In this document: positions 1 through 10,210 of the stretch, one piece after another
How the letters are laid out: each line of letters begins with the position of its first letter
How positions within the stretch are numbered: position 1 is the stretch's first letter
Assembly (NCBI GenBank): GCA_028534125.1
Contig: CM052816.1
Location: forward strand, 101,370,001 to 101,434,000
Length of the DNA stretch: 64,000 nucleotides
From: Lama glama
Taxonomy: Eukaryota
Direction of reading: 5' to 3'
The notes under the pieces: model-generated
The model's database searches: none
The model's input: the letters and a program-made list of their open reading frames with translations, nothing else
What the model was told of the DNA's origin: nothing
Made by a program: the position numbers and the translations under genes

Positions 1-2539
1 CCTGCAGCAGGTCCCCCTGCAGACCCAGGCTCCGTGGGACCCGGGAGACAACGGAGCGGCAGCCTGGGGGTGGGCGGGGCTGCTTCCACCTGCCCCACGG
101 TCGACGCGCCCCCAGGCTCACATCCCCCAGGACGACAGGCCTGGGTGCAGGGGTGCCAACACCGAGGAGCCCTCAGGCCCTTTCGCTGTGCCTCTGCGGC
201 ACCCCAGCTCCCCACGCTCTCAGTACATCTCTCCGGGGAGAGAAGCCCCAAAGTCTCATTCAAGTTTAAAATATGTTCATTCTTTAACAAGTAGCACTTA
301 GCTCTTGTTCCCAAAGCGCCAAAGATCTTGGAAGTGACATTCAGCCTCTGTCTCTGTGTCTCTCAGACCCGCTGCCAGGGAGGGCCTGGGTGCTCCCAGG
401 GAGGGGACAGTCGTCCAGCAGGGGAAGGGTCAGTTCAGAGGGCCCTGGGGGTGGGGGTGGAGGTGGGAAGGGAGGAGCCCCAGGGACACCCCGAGGCCCT
501 AAGTCAGCAGGCGGTGAGCTCTGGGGCTGCCAGGCAGGGAGTGGCCGCAGGAGGGCCCCTGGTGCCCGCCTGGCCCAGCCTCTTCACACACCCAGAGTGA
601 GTGTGTGCCAGCCTGGTGGCCATGGGCCCGAGGCCCCTCGCAGGCAGACCCATGTGCCCAGGCCTGGGAGCAGCAGCCTAACGGCGGGTTTTCAACAGTT
701 CAGCCAAGTGGGCGTTTGTGGTGGTCCCTCCCGCAGGGCACTGAGGTGGGTTAGATGTCTGCTCCTGTCCTGACGGCCCCCAGGCGGGGCAGCCATGCAT
801 CAGCTTGGGTCTGCTGTCCTCCATGTCCACTGTCTCTAGGCCTCCAGGCAGCTGTGGGGCTGGTCCTCAGTCCATGGCCCGTGGCCTCCTGACCTGCTGT
901 GGAGTCCTCCCCATCCTGCATGCTCTCTGCTCTCAGGCCCAGAATATCCGGGGGGGGTGGTTCTCCGCCATGCAGACCCCACTGGTCTTTTCTGCTCTGC
1001 TTGAGCCGACTCAACCTGGAATTCTGCCTGCGATCGGGACCAGTCCCCTGTGGAGGCTCGTGAGGACCCCCAGCAGCTGCCTGCCATTGCGAATGGCCCC
1101 AGTGCTCGCCTCCTAGTGAGGCTGGTGACCAGCCCTACGTAAGCAGTACACAGCTCGCAGTGTTTGCCACCTTCTGGGGTACAGGCATCCCACGTGGCTG
1201 ATTTCAAGCCACCCCTGGTTAACTGTGGGCCCCCGGTTCCTGAGGATCCAGCAATTGCTCCTGTACTGGGACGGGGTGCCCGCATCCAGGAGGGGGCCCA
1301 GGCCCGAGCCCACGACTGACACTGGGGTGACATGGGGAGGGGGGTCAACCTGTGTGGGGCGCAGAGCAGGCCCAGTGCTGCAGAGGGGCAGACGGCAGCT
1401 CCTCACACCACGTCCCAAGGGGACAGGGAGCCTCTGTCCAGGCCAGGGGGACAGGTGTCTATGGGCGCCCTCCCCTTCCCTTCAGCACAAGCCCCTCGCC
1501 TCCACGTGCCCTCTGCCTCCAGGGCCCCAAGAGGCCAGGCCTCCACTGCTCTGTGTGGCCTGGACTGGCGGTGGGGGCTCCCCCAGTAAGGGCTGCTGGG
1601 GGTCCTGTGTGGGTCCTTGTGGGGTCCTGTATCCGGGGCTGTATTACATAGGAAGCAAGTTCAGTGTTTGTCCCCTGGTTCCTCCAACAGAATGTGGGGT
1701 GCATGAAGGGGAAGTGAGGTCAAGGTCCCCCCCCACTGTGGAGGGGGGCTCTGAGGTGATGCCACTGGGTCCCTTCCGGGGTTGAGCACTTTTGGGCTGT
1801 GTAGAGACCCCTGCCACGTACCTTTGACACCAGCCCTGCCTCGCCCAGCCCAGGCCCCGGGCACAGGTTCCTGTCACCCTGCACAGGCAGACCTTGGGTG
1901 GGAGCTTCTCCCCTTTACTCCCCAGGCTTCGGGGTCCCACAGCCCAGACACGAGCCAGACACACCCTCAAGCCAGGGCCTCCCAGCCCAATGGAGGGGCT
2001 GACTGTCTCCAGACCCTCACTCAGGTCTCCCCTCGCCCCCCTCCCCATCACTGCCCTGGCTCTGGGGGAGGGGGATCCCTAGTCTGGGGCCTCCAGGACC
2101 CCCTGCAGCCAAGTACCTTTCATTAGGGTGAGGGGAGCCATCAGGTCCAGCTCAGTGGGGTCCCCAGATGAAACCAGGAGTCTTTCCACACCTGCTGCAC
2201 CCACGAGGTCACTCACCTGCTCTCACACACACACACACGCACTGTCTCACACACTCACATACACACACACGTACATCCTCGTAAACCCCTCCAGTCAGCC
2301 CCGCGGGGGCAGCCTGTCATTGCAAGCAGAGGGAGACAGTGCAGCTCCTGCCCTGTGCGGGGCTGGGGGCTCACAGACGCCACCCCCCAGGCCTGGCAGC
2401 CCCAAAGCAGGCACGTCTAACCCAGGCTGTTTGAGGGGAGGACTCTTGAAAAGTGATGCCAAGGGCCACGGGGAGGGGACTCAGACCCCAGGAGACGCCT
2501 GGACGGCGGGAGCTGATGCAGAGCCTCGTGGTTGGGGAT

Positions 2540-2660
2540 GCGGGCTCAACACCCACCAGCTGGGAGCCAGGCAAGTTGTCACCTGCTCCGAGCCTGTATC
2601 CTCATTTGTAAGTTGCAACGTTCGTGCCTCTGGGGGATTCTAGAAAGACGGCATGAGGCA
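2540..2660 (+). mobile_element. Degenerate MIR SINE fragment
   Basis: ggcaagttgtcacctgctccgagcctgtatcctcatttgtaa resembles the MIR core as recalled. Confidence 0.55.
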
Positions 2661-3087
2661 CGTCCATCGGTGTGGTCCCCAGCCTGGACGACAGTGGGGG
2701 GTGCTTTTCTCCGTGAAGTCAACTGAAGGCCAAGTAGGAGAGAGGCCAGGAGCCTTGGGGACCACCTGCCCCGTGAAGTTGGGGGAGGGGCCCAGGGTGT
2801 GAGACAGCACCACCTGAGCAGAGAAAAGAAGCACCTGGATCTGGTCATTTCAGTTGTTTCAGCATCTCTCCCACCTGCTCTGAACCCCTATCTTTGGCCT
2901 GACGGGAAACGTGGGCCCCACACGCCCTTCCCTATGTACTGCCTACCACGACTTCGCCCTGCTTCTGGCGCCTCACTCACCCTCCACTTTCCTGACAGCA
3001 GGCCCCTCAGAAGAGCCACCACAGGGGCTCCCACTTGTGTCCCCAGGCCTGTGTGCCCCGTCCCATTCTCTGCAGGCCTTGTACTGT

Positions 3088-3170
3088 GGATGGATGGATG
3101 GATGGGTAGATGGATGACAGATGGAAGGTGGGTGACAGATGGATGGATGGATGGACGGACGGACAGATGG
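3088..3170. repeat. (GGAT)n-type simple repeat
   Basis: ggatggatggatggatgggtagatggatgacagatgg... Confidence 0.9.
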
Positions 3171-5644
3171 TGAGAAAGTATGGATCGTGTACTAGGTACA
3201 TTCTGTCTTAGACCTTCTCAAAGAGCAGGCTGTCTGTGATGTGAGGAGACTATGAGACTCAGACTGCCCACCTGCGGGCAGTGCCCGGCCACCCAGCACG
3301 GGAGGTGGAGCCAACTGGTGTCTGCTGTCCCTTGAGGCTTGAGGGTCACAGGCTGCAGCGCACCATGCACCCCCAAGCCACGGGAGTGACCTCAGGGAGG
3401 CCCAGGGCCAGGGTCACCCCAGGCTCCTGCCTCTCAAGCAGGCTGAGCTGCCCAGCCCAGGAAACCTGACCCCCCAAGGGAGCGAGGAGGGGCTGGAGGA
3501 GCCCAAGGGATCAGGTTGCGGTGCTGAGCGCGGCCACAGGTCGGGTGGCCCAAGTTTCCGTGTTTACACGTCCAAAGTGGGGCAGGTCTCGCTGCAGGGA
3601 GGGTCCCAGGCTGACAACTGACTCGATGACCTGGGCACAGCGTGGTCGGGGAAGACCGGGGTTTCCAGGTCGGGGAGGGACATGGGTCCACCATGGAGGG
3701 TCCTGAGCACCCTGACCCCGCATCCCCAGACACTGATCTAGAACCAGGCAGGCCTATCTGAGGCTGACCCGACCCCCACAGCACTGGACACTGGACCGGC
3801 GCCACCTCCAACTGCACTGGCCACAGACTAGCAAGCAGACAGACCCCATGCCCGGGCGTAAGTCCCAGACCCCGGCCCGGGCCTGAGGAGGAAAGCACCT
3901 CCCCATCTGGGACTTCCTTGCCTGGCCCTGCAGAAATCATCCTCAGAAATGTTCCTTTTCTCCCAACCCTCACCCTCACACTACCCCCACCCCCAGCTCA
4001 CTGCCCAGCAAAAGCGGGGGGCGGGGGGCTGCAGGGATGGGCTCAGAGCCTCGCCACCTGCTGAAGACCTTCTAGAGAGGGAGCAGCCGGCACAAACCCG
4101 GGCTTCCCCCGAAGGGCAGAATGACTGGAGGGGATGACCGCGGAGGGGAGGGCAGTGAGGCCACCCCCACTACAACCGGCCCCTCCTGCTCCATCTCCCC
4201 AGCCCTGCTCAGAGAAAATCGCAGCAGCCTCAGGGTCGCCCACCATCCCTGGGACCAGGCCTGGCATCTCCCCTACGTGCCCCTGCCCACACCCCGCCTC
4301 CCGTGGGCCTGGTTCCTGACCACTCTCTTTCTCCCTCTCCTCATCTAAACTCCTTGAGGGCAGTTACACTGTCTGATCTCAGCACACAATTCAAGGTAGA
4401 GAGGCAGAGCTTAAGCCAAATAGCCATCAGGGTCCAGGGCAAACCAAAGCCATTTTGATACTTTCCAGAAGAAAAGGAGGATGAAAATTAGGTTTTCTGA
4501 GTGCCAGCTGTGCTAGAAAGAAAGCTCCAGGCATTTATTCTTCCACCCATCATCCATCCACCCCTCCATCCATCGACAATCCATCTTCCCTGCTTCCGTT
4601 CACCCCTCTGTTTCTCCGTCATCCACCCACCCATCACTGCACACTAATTTCTGAGCGTCAGAGGCACTGCACACCATCTCATGTGCTGGAGCAAAGCAGG
4701 AAATAGAACAGAAGGACCCACTGGGAGAACCAGGGGCCACAGGCGGCTGCCGCATCCCAGAGAGGTGTGCTGGGCTGGCGGGACCCACCGGAAAGGTTCA
4801 GAACCTGAAGAGAACATTCTAAAGGTGGGAGAGTGACCCCAAAAGAAAATTAGCTCCCCCTGGGGACTAGCTCCTGCGGACTCTGGGAGGCACCTGCTGT
4901 GGCCCTGCATGTACAGGTCCAGCCCTGCTTCCCCTCCTTCTTGGCACAGTGAGGACCCTCAAGTCAGGAATCATCTTTCTGACTCCTCCTGAGCCCCCCG
5001 TTGCCTCCTCAGTCTTCAGCAAAATCACTCCCTGGCCAGCGTCACAGCTCAGCACACATCCAGCACCAGCCATCACACCCCCACCCCCAGCCTCACCCAA
5101 ACCCCCCTCACCGCTGCTCTCCCTTAGACTCCTGATGGTCAGCAACAGAGGACCAGGCTGGCCAGCTTGGCCGGAACGTGGCCCTCGTGCTCCAGGGCCC
5201 AGGAGGCATCCCGACCTCCAGGGCTGGGATGGTGTGGCCGCTGTGAGTCTCTGCCCTACCTGGCCGAGGGGAGGTGAGTCCTGAGGCAGGAGGGGCCGCT
5301 CAACCGGTGCCCCTGCCCGGGGTTGGAGGCACCGACTCCCGTCAGGGCTCTGTGTCCTGCAGCCGGAGGGGCCCCCTTTCCCAAGGGCAGGGCCATTCCC
5401 ATAACAAGCCCAACCCTGAGCCTGTCCCTCTCCAGGCAACGTCTCAGGGCTGCAGACAGGAACCGAGCCTTCCAAAGACTCCCAGGAAGCAGCCGGCCAA
5501 AGGGACCCTTCGCCTTCAGCAGACGAGGTGGTCGCTGCCCCTCAAAGCCTGGAGCCACAGAGGAAGCCTGTCTTCCTGCTCCTCTCGGCAGTCGCTGCCT
5601 CCCCTTGGTGACCAACGGGTCACACATTTGCCATCTCTTCATTT

Positions 5645-5790
5645 TGTACCTGCACGAGATGATGGGTGTTCGCTAAACTTGTCGTGGTCCTCACTTCCCG
5701 ACGTATGTAAATCAGCTCATTATGCCGCACACCTGAAACATGCAGGGCTGTGTGTCAGTTACAGCTCAACAAACGGATTGAGAGAAAATA
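5645..5790 (+). mobile_element. Ancient L1M (L1MC-like) 3' end fragment
   Basis: ctaaacttgtcgtggt...cattatgccgcacacctgaaac...tgtcagttacagctcaacaaa follows the recalled L1M 3' terminus. Confidence 0.65.
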
Positions 5791-5867
5791 CGAATCTGCC
5801 AGGACGTCGTAACCAGCTGGCGCGTTTCAGTGTCTTACAGAGTGTGGCGCTTTCCATCCCCTTGATG

Positions 5868-6085
5868 TTTTAAACTTACAGACTCAATTCTTTTACAGCA
5901 GTTCTAGGATTGCAGAGAACACCGGTGGCGGTGGCGGGTACAGCAGCCCCCGTACGCCTCCTCTCCTCGCTACGTGGTTTCTCCGCTATGAACACCTTGC
6001 CTTAGTTTGTTACAACTGACGAGCCAACACTGATACATCGTTTTTAACTCAAGTCCGTCATAATGTAATGTTCACTCCTTCGTGA
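5868..6085 (-). mobile_element. Ancient L1MC/L1MD-like 3' end, antisense, tail-to-tail with the previous fragment
   Basis: cagcagttctaggattgcagagaac...tttgttacaactgacgagccaacactgatacatc...gttcactcc. Confidence 0.65.
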
Positions 6086-7779
6086 ACTCGCCTGAGTATT
6101 AGTGAGAGAAGGAGGTGGCTCCTGGCTCCGGGGCTCAAAAGACTGGACTGAGGGGCTGGGGGCGGGGAGGGGCCAAGGCCTCACTGTCCTGCCGGCTGGG
6201 ACCCCTTGATCTGGCCTGTCCCCCAGAGCACGGTGGGGTGTGGTGGGGTGGGCAGCATCAAAAAGACAGCTACAGAACAGAGAGAACTTTCACTGCAACG
6301 GGATCCGAGCTCTGTCCTCAGAGCAGGAGGACGCAGGCACCCCCTCTGCTCCCTGCCAGGTGTGTGGTGGGGCCCCTCACAGGAGGACGGTGCCTTCCTC
6401 ACAAGGTGGGCTCAGGTCTGAGTCCCCCGGAAGATCCGCCTCCAGCCAGGCGTTTGAGGGCACCAGCATTGTGTCCACCAGGACGCAGGGATGCAGCAGA
6501 GGAGCTGGGTTTGCCAGATGAAAGGTTATCTGAACACTTGCTGCTGAAACCCTCTGACGGCTGGGTTGTGGGTGGATGGGCCATGTGGCGGTAGGTCAGG
6601 CTGTCTGCTTCATGCTCATCCAGACCCTTGCAGTGCAGCCGGGGAGAGCCTGTGACACTGCCGGCTCCCGCAGTGGCGGCTGGTCCATAGCGGGGACCCC
6701 TCGCCACACGGCCTCCTCACTGCCCCATCCCGCCAGGAGACCCACTGGCAGCTTGTGACTCCGAGGTGGCATATAAAACAGTGACACTGAGAAGGTACCC
6801 AGAAAAGATCAACCTGAGAGATGAGGCCGAATGTATTTTCAGAGTAAAAGTGTGGTCTTCAACCTTTTCTTTATTTACCAAGACATAATGCTCATCAAGT
6901 TTTTAAAACTGAGTATCCAGACCACGATGGTAGAAAAGAGCGTAAAGGAGGAGGTCACGGGACAGCAGCAGACTCAGTGAACCAGAGAGGAGAGAAACAG
7001 GATGCCAGCTAGCTCACCCTCCTCCCTCGACCCCAGCCCCGTGCCCTGCCCCAGGGCTGCCTCCTGTGCCCCGGCGTGTCTCTCGCACTGGGTGTCCCCC
7101 CGCCGCCGTCACTCTGCCCTCCATTCTTCCTTCATGAGGGAACTTACGTGGGCCAGGCTGTATTTTTCTGTTTCGAACATTTTAAAGAAAAAATCAGTAT
7201 TTTCCGTTTTTTCTCTCTTGCTGCTGTGCAGGCAGGCTCTGGAGTCACATGGTCCCACCCACGCCACCAGGACAGGGAGAGGGGCCCTGGCCAAGGACCT
7301 CGCAGGTTAGGCCATGCGGCCACTGACCACGTGGGACCACGTGGGACCGAGAGCATAGTGGATGCAGCGAGCCCATTCGTCTGAGGTCCACTGGCCGAGG
7401 TCGGCATGGCCAGTGGTTTCCGCGCACTTCCAGAGTGGTCCGGAATTCTAGGTCAGCCAGGCGCGAGGCTCTGGTGGGCGTTGCAGAGGGAAAGCTGGAA
7501 ACACAAGCCCAGGCTGGGAGGGACCCTCCCCTGATGGAGCCTAGACAGAGGCAAGGGCGGGCTTGAGGGCCAAGCGCGGCGGAGCCTCCCCGAAGCCTCG
7601 CTCCAGACCTCCTCGGTCAAGCCGGCCCACGGCGGCCGCCGGGTCCGAAGGCTGGCACTCAGGGCCGAGCGGGGCCCTTTCACCGGCTCGGGGGGCTTCC
7701 GGTGACTGACGGCGACCACCAGGGCTGTTTCCATCTCAGTTCTGACCAGACAAGGAGCTCTAGCAAACATGTTATTTCA

Positions 7780-8300
7780 CCTGGCCCTGGAACTTCTAGA
7801 AAATCCCAAAACAAGAACAAAGGGAGGAATGAAACAAAGAAAGACAAAGCTATCGTCCTTTACAGGTAAAAAGACTCCCCTGCAAAACCTCAGAGGCTGA
7901 ACTGGAAAAACAAGTGAGTAGTAGAACTGAGAGTTCTGGGAGGCGGCAGGCTACAAAATAAATACACAACAGCCCACAATGTTTGTTTAGTTTTTGTTTT
8001 GATATTTCAGTACAGTTGCAAGACCCCTTACATTGGTAACAAAAAATGTGAACACATGTGAATTAAGTTAACGAGAAAGCCGTGCGGGAGCAGGGTAGAA
8101 AGCATTGACACCAGAAAGACATGTTTCCAGCAAATTTACTTTTAAATGAACGCCTTTTGATCAAAACGTAAAGGTACTTGGGGGAAAACTTTCCAAAGTG
8201 ATTCCAACATTCATCTTGAGAAAAGAAAATTAATGGAGAGGGGAGAGAATATTGAAGACTAGGATAGTGGGGGTGGGGGCAGGTCCCATGAATCATGAAG
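7780..8300 (+). mobile_element. Decayed L1 ORF2 (reverse-transcriptase region) fragment
   Basis: A-rich island; aaagctatcgtcctttacag...gcaggctacaaaataaatacacaa matches the KLSLFAD...AGYKINTQ coding region, with indels. Confidence 0.65.
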
Positions 8301-8839
8301 AACTGGAGACCTGCGGAAGCTGAAGAGCCCAAGAAGGTTGTGCAGGAATAAGGGGGGGCGGCCAGGTGTGCCTGCACGTGTGAGAACTCGGACCTGATTG
8401 TCCCTGCTGCTCCCATGTGAAGGGAGGAGGGTGACGAGAGGCTGGGTGCAAGAAAGGAGGCTTCACCGTCCAAAGCCCCTGAACTCTGCTCCTGTGCTCG
8501 ACGTGCCTCTAATACCTAACCTCTCACTCCTCCTCATTACCAGAGCCACCAAACACTGGCACAGTTCCTGTCTTCTTAACGGGGGGGTGTAGCCACATGA
8601 CAAAGTTCCGGCTAATGAGTTAAGCAACGGTGCTGTGTGCAACTTCTGGGTCATGCTCTTGGGAGGGGTGCTCATTGCCCTTCCACGGTTTCCTCCCTCC
8701 CCTGCTGGAATACAGACGTGATGGCCAGACCAGAAGCAGCCGTCATGGGTCATGAGGGGAGTGAATGGAACCCATACACAGCTGACACCTACCCCCTTTA
8801 GTTATTGCTCGAATATCGTCTTCTCCCAGCACTGCTCCA

Positions 8840-9022
8840 GACATCCCGTTTAAAATCCGCCCCCCACCAGACCCCTCTTGTTTGCCTCTTACTCAGAGCG
8901 CTATCTCTGCTGCTCCTCTAGAATGCATGCTTCGAAGAAGCAGGGGTCTCTGTCTTTTGCCATCCACAGGCCTGGCATTTCTAGGCACTAATAAGCATTC
9001 CCTGAACAAATGAATGAATGTG
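8840..9022 (+). mobile_element. L2 3' end fragment
   Basis: ctctagaatgcatgcttc...gcaggggtctctgtc...taggcactaataagcattccctgaacaaatgaatgaatg (TGAA-type tail). Confidence 0.7.
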
Positions 9023-9599
9023 AAAAACACTGAGTCTTGCTAAGTGCAACACAAACGAATGTGAGGTGGTGGCAATACTGGCCTGAGCCTCGGAGGGAAC
9101 GCAAACTGGAGAGAGCCTGGGGTGCCTGGAGAACGGAGTGGGCTGGTTCCGCCCAGTTCCTCCTGCCTGCCCACCCCCGCCTCTGCCCTGGGCCCTGTGC
9201 CCTCCAGGGGCTTCTTTCCAGGTAGAAGTTCCAGGGAAGCCGTCTACCTGACCTCCTGGGCTGAATGGCCAGACCCTGGCTGCCAAGAGGCCAAAGCTGG
9301 TGGGGAGCTGGGGGTGGCGGTGCCAGGCCAGGTTCCCTCCCTCAGACCCTCCCCACTGGAGGCCTCCCCTCAGTTCATCTCTGGGAATCTCTGTGGGTAC
9401 CCTCAGTGTCTGGCACTGGGGGTGGTCGCCCTCCCCACACCAAAGACAGGTCTCCAGCGTCCCTGGCCTGTCCCTTCCCCAGACCAGGGCGTGGTGCTCT
9501 GACTTCTGGCGCCGGGCGTGGGCCCTCCAAGGTCTTGCAAGGAGACCCCAGGCTGCGCTTTTCTGAAGGGGCACTCAAGGCTTCTGTGTCTCATGGTGG

Positions 9600-10210
9600 G
9601 CAGGAGAACTCGCGAAGGTGGCCTCTGCCTCTACCCGGCCGCCCCATGACTTTGCTGCCCGCGCCCTGGCCGCTCCCCTGGCTGTCCCCTCGCCGTCCCC
9701 GACGTCCCCGCTCGCTCCCGGGTCCCTGCCGGCTGGCGGCCCATCCACCCTCCTCCCCCCGTGCCCGCCCCGCCCCGCCCCTCCCCTCCAGCCTCGCGCC
9801 TCCCTACCCCACCCCGCCCCGTCCTCCCGGCCCCGCCCCCGCATCTGCCCGCCCCCTCCCTCCCCCCACTCCCACGCCTGGGGCCCCGCCCGCGGCCAGC
9901 TGGCTCCCATCCCGCAGCCTTCGCGGCGCTCGGGCTACCATGTCCCAGCGCTTCGTGGTGACACCCGCGGCCGGCGGGGCAAAGGACGCAGGGCCCAGGC
10001 CTGGGGGCGGCGGCAGCCAGAGCTCCGGCTCCGGCCGAGCCCCCGACTCGGACCTCGCAGCCTCTCCGCAGCCGCTGCGGATGGACGCGCTGCCCATCCT
10101 GCACTACTGCCGCGAGCCGAGCCGCTACGGTAGGTGCGGACCGTCCCCTCGGGGACGCTCGTCCTCCGCGTCCGGGGCCCTTGGGCGGCGGGCAGTGGCT
10201 GGTGGCCGCT
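9600..10210 (+). promoter_or_regulatory. CpG island / TATA-less GC-box promoter of upstream exon 1a (approximate bounds)
   Basis: Dense CpG, clustered CCCGCCCC (Sp/KLF) boxes at ~9764-9890, C-rich stretch upstream of the ATG. Confidence 0.8.
9940..10129 (+). CDS. SLC12A7: Putative alternative upstream first coding exon (1a) of SLC12A7: MSQRFVVTPAAGGAKDAGPRPGGGGSQSSGSGRAPDSDLAASPQPLRMDALPILHYCREPSRY(G)
   Basis: Lies in a CpG island. Kozak context gctaccATGt. 190 nt = 63 codons + 1. Donor ACG|GTAGGT is phase 1, the same as canonical exon 1, so it joins exon 2 in frame. N-terminus resembles KCC2a (MSRRFTVT) and KCC3a (RFMVTP). Confidence 0.78.

Noticed and set aside
1-9500. Searched for the first exon of the neighbouring divergent gene expected from human synteny (SLC6A19, MVRLVLPNP...)
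   Set aside because: No matching peptide in the minus-strand ORFs or by eye; presumably outside the window
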